Assembly: GCA_963758525.1 (NCBI GenBank)
Contig: CAVWVQ010000004.1
Location: forward strand, 64,001-128,000
Direction of reading: 5' to 3'
DNA: 64,000 nt
Source: an uncultured Phycisphaerales bacterium
GTDB taxonomy: Bacteria; Planctomycetota; Phycisphaerae; Tepidisphaerales; Tepidisphaeraceae
Shown here: positions 62,289 to 64,000 of the stretch, piece by piece
Layout of the letters: the number at the start of each line of letters is the position of its first letter
Position numbering within the stretch: the stretch's first letter is position 1
The notes under the pieces: generated by a model
Database searches by the model: none
What the model was told of the DNA's origin: nothing
Seen by the model: only the letters and a program-made list of their open reading frames with translations
Position numbers and translations under genes: made by a program

Positions 62289-63113
62289 TCACCGTTGTTT
62301 GGTTGCAACTCCCGCGCCGCGCCAGGCGCGGCGCAGGAATCGCGAGATGCGCGAAACGACCGCCGAAGGGCGTTCCGAGAGCGGGTTGTGCCCCGCGTCC
62401 TTGATCAATTCAAATTGCGCGCCGGCAATGTCGCCCGCCATCTGCCGGGCGTACGCGCTGGGAATCAGCGCATCATGCTCGCCGGCAATGACCAGCGTCG
62501 GCGCGGTGATGCGCGAGACATCCGTCTCGCCGCCATCGTCAGCGAGACATTGAAGCTGCCGGGCGACCGCCTCGCGACTGCCGCCTTGGCATTCAGCCTT
62601 GGCGGCGATGCGACGGTCGACTTCCTGCGGATTGGCATCAAAGAAGAGCGGACCGGTGCCCAGCACTTCAATCGTTCGCACGTAGAATTCCCATGGCATC
62701 TTCCGCAGCGCCATCGCGAGCAGCGTCGAGACACCCCGCAGGTATGGCGTGCTCCTGTGAGCGGAGGAAATCAGCACCAGCCGATCGACTCGCGAAGGAT
62801 GTTCGACGGCAAATCGTTGAGCGACGATTCCGCCCAGCGACATGCCGATGACATGAGCGCGGTCCAATTGGAGAAAATCGAGCAACTCCACCAGATCGGA
62901 AGTAAAGCAGCTGAGGGAAACGGCCGGGCGTTTGGCAACGGATTGCCCGATGCCCCGATTATCCGAGAAAACAAGAGAGAAATCGCCGGACAGCAACGCC
63001 GCGGGACGCCAGATATCGCACGTCGCACCCAGGCCGGGGATGAACAGAATTGGCTCGCCACGACCATGAACTTCGTAGTAGCAGCGCACATCCGTGAGAT
63101 CTGCCCATGCCAT
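62289..63113 (-). CDS. Alpha/beta fold hydrolase
   Basis: DNRGIG.S, GMSLGG nucleophile elbow, GEHD, AGH. Confidence 0.9.
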   Translation of the reverse strand: MAWADLTDVRCYYEVHGRGEPILFIPGLGATCDIWRPAALLSGDFSLVFSDNRGIGQSVAKRPAVSLSCFTSDLVELLDFLQLDRAHVIGMSLGGIVAQRFAVEHPSRVDRLVLISSAHRSTPYLRGVSTLLAMALRKMPWEFYVRTIEVLGTGPLFFDANPQEVDRRIAAKAECQGGSREAVARQLQCLADDGGETDVSRITAPTLVIAGEHDALIPSAYARQMAGDIAGAQFELIKDAGHNPLSERPSAVVSRISRFLRRAWRGAGVATKQR

Positions 63114-63268
63114 GGTGAATTATAGACTCTTGCCATACGCGATTCATGGCGCATCAGGAATTTCACGCGCAGGCGTGCCGCGGATCCTTCTCCAAACTGC
63201 CTTGCCCTGCCAGACCGATCGCGACATCGCGACGGCTAGCGAAGGTTCTCTTTCTCCTGCGTCGCTCA

Positions 63269-63291
63269 CACGGGCGGGACGCCCGTGCCAC
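63269..63291 (-). repeat. GTGG-type REP unit
   Basis: Reverse complement GTGGCACGGGCGTCCCGCCCGTG; same family as 53430. Confidence 0.75.
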
Positions 63292-63296
63292 GACCA

Positions 63297-64000
63297 TCAT
63301 TGGGAGGGTCGAGAGGACAGATCATCAAAGCGAATCGGCTTGCCGGAAAAGGGGACGCCCCAGATCGATGCTTTGCCGGCGGCGGGTGCTTCGGTGTCGT
63401 CGAAACTGAGAAGCCAATCGGCCGGCTCGGGAGTTTGATCGGGCCAGGCTTTTCCCTCGACGCGCCACAGCTTGGGATTGACCTGCCGAACGCGCATGCG
63501 AAGACGCAGCCAGCGGCCGGGCTTCCAGGCGAATGGTTTGCTTGCCCTCGCATCGTCGGCTTTGCGCAGCTCGATCGTGCCGTTGGCGGGCCAGACCCAG
63601 AGTTTGCAGCCGCCGGTGTCGTTCGCGCCGATGCCGAACTCGGGGAAGCGTCGGCCTGCGGCGTCGGCCCAGATGCGGGCGGAGACGTCGAGCGTGGCGA
63701 CGTCGCCGGGACCGAACAGCACGCCGAAGGTGTCGAGCGGGTCGCCGGGGAGTTCGAGGAAGCTGTTGCCGGCCTCTTCGCGGACGGAGAAGTCGCCGTT
63801 GAGAATCTGCAGATCGTCGGCAGGCTTGCCTTTGGCGGCATGCTCGAAATCGTTGACGTAGATGGAATTGCTCATCGTTGCAGCGGAATCGGCCATCAGC
63901 ACATTCGCCAGACTGATGACGAACAAAGCTGAAAGCAGAAGAAAAGCCGGAAAATAAAGAGCCGCGAAGGCGCAAAGGCGCCAAGGCAGCCGCGAAGCGG
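63297..64000 (-). CDS. Hypothetical secreted beta-sandwich protein (5' end probably beyond the window)
   Basis: The frame of ORF 63297-63926 stays open to the window edge (..PWRLCAFAALYFPAFLLLSALFVISLANVLMA); W..LRMRV and KAWP....EP..W suggest a concanavalin-like fold (inference). Confidence 0.65.
   Translation of the reverse strand, partial: ASRLPWRLCAFAALYFPAFLLLSALFVISLANVLMADSAATMSNSIYVNDFEHAAKGKPADDLQILNGDFSVREEAGNSFLELPGDPLDTFGVLFGPGDVATLDVSARIWADAAGRRFPEFGIGANDTGGCKLWVWPANGTIELRKADDARASKPFAWKPGRWLRLRMRVRQVNPKLWRVEGKAWPDQTPEPADWLLSFDDTEAPAAGKASIWGVPFSGKPIRFDDLSSRPSQ
63959..63997 (+). repeat. CGCGAAGG / CGCAAAGG / CGCCAAGG octamer array
   Basis: Related to the inner arms at 1453-1610. 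Confidence 0.7.

Overview
GC-rich bacterial DNA, most likely Planctomycetota (Phycisphaerae/Tepidisphaerales-like). This is inferred from the prepilin-type DUF1559/H-X9-DG genes, PEP-CTERM proteins, planctomycete-type ECF sigma/FecR-LamG pair and repeat families. The first ~32 kb is an accessory, carbohydrate-related region. It holds a GH43-like beta-propeller, two large PEP-CTERM autotransporter-beta-strand-repeat proteins plus an orphan PEP-CTERM remnant, an ECF sigma/anti-sigma pair and three prepilin-like DUF1559 genes (one truncated). It also holds a sugar ABC/ROK/mannose-6-phosphate-isomerase-like operon, a PL4-like lyase, an AraC regulator, a Gfo/Idh/MocA oxidoreductase and an ISKra4-like IS with IRs and a 9-bp TSD. 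The second half is mostly core or housekeeping: tig, an RND efflux triad, MFS, ABC exporter, GNAT, mgtE, tyrS, CPBP, trpC, a nitrilase-family enzyme, a methyltransferase and a beta-oxidation operon. The most notable observations are: (1) a conserved GTGACA-N15-GTGACA direct-repeat operator at three promoters, suggesting an AraC regulon that links a PEP-CTERM protein to sugar uptake and the lyase; (2) a sigma/anti-sigma/PEP-CTERM/DUF1559/partner cassette with no TonB receptor; (3) a nested palindromic element inserted in frame inside fadJ; (4) many tandem-oligomer repeat elements, one next to a GxxExxY remnant. About nine apparent frameshifts in seven genes look like long-read indel errors. No CRISPR, rRNA or tRNA was seen.
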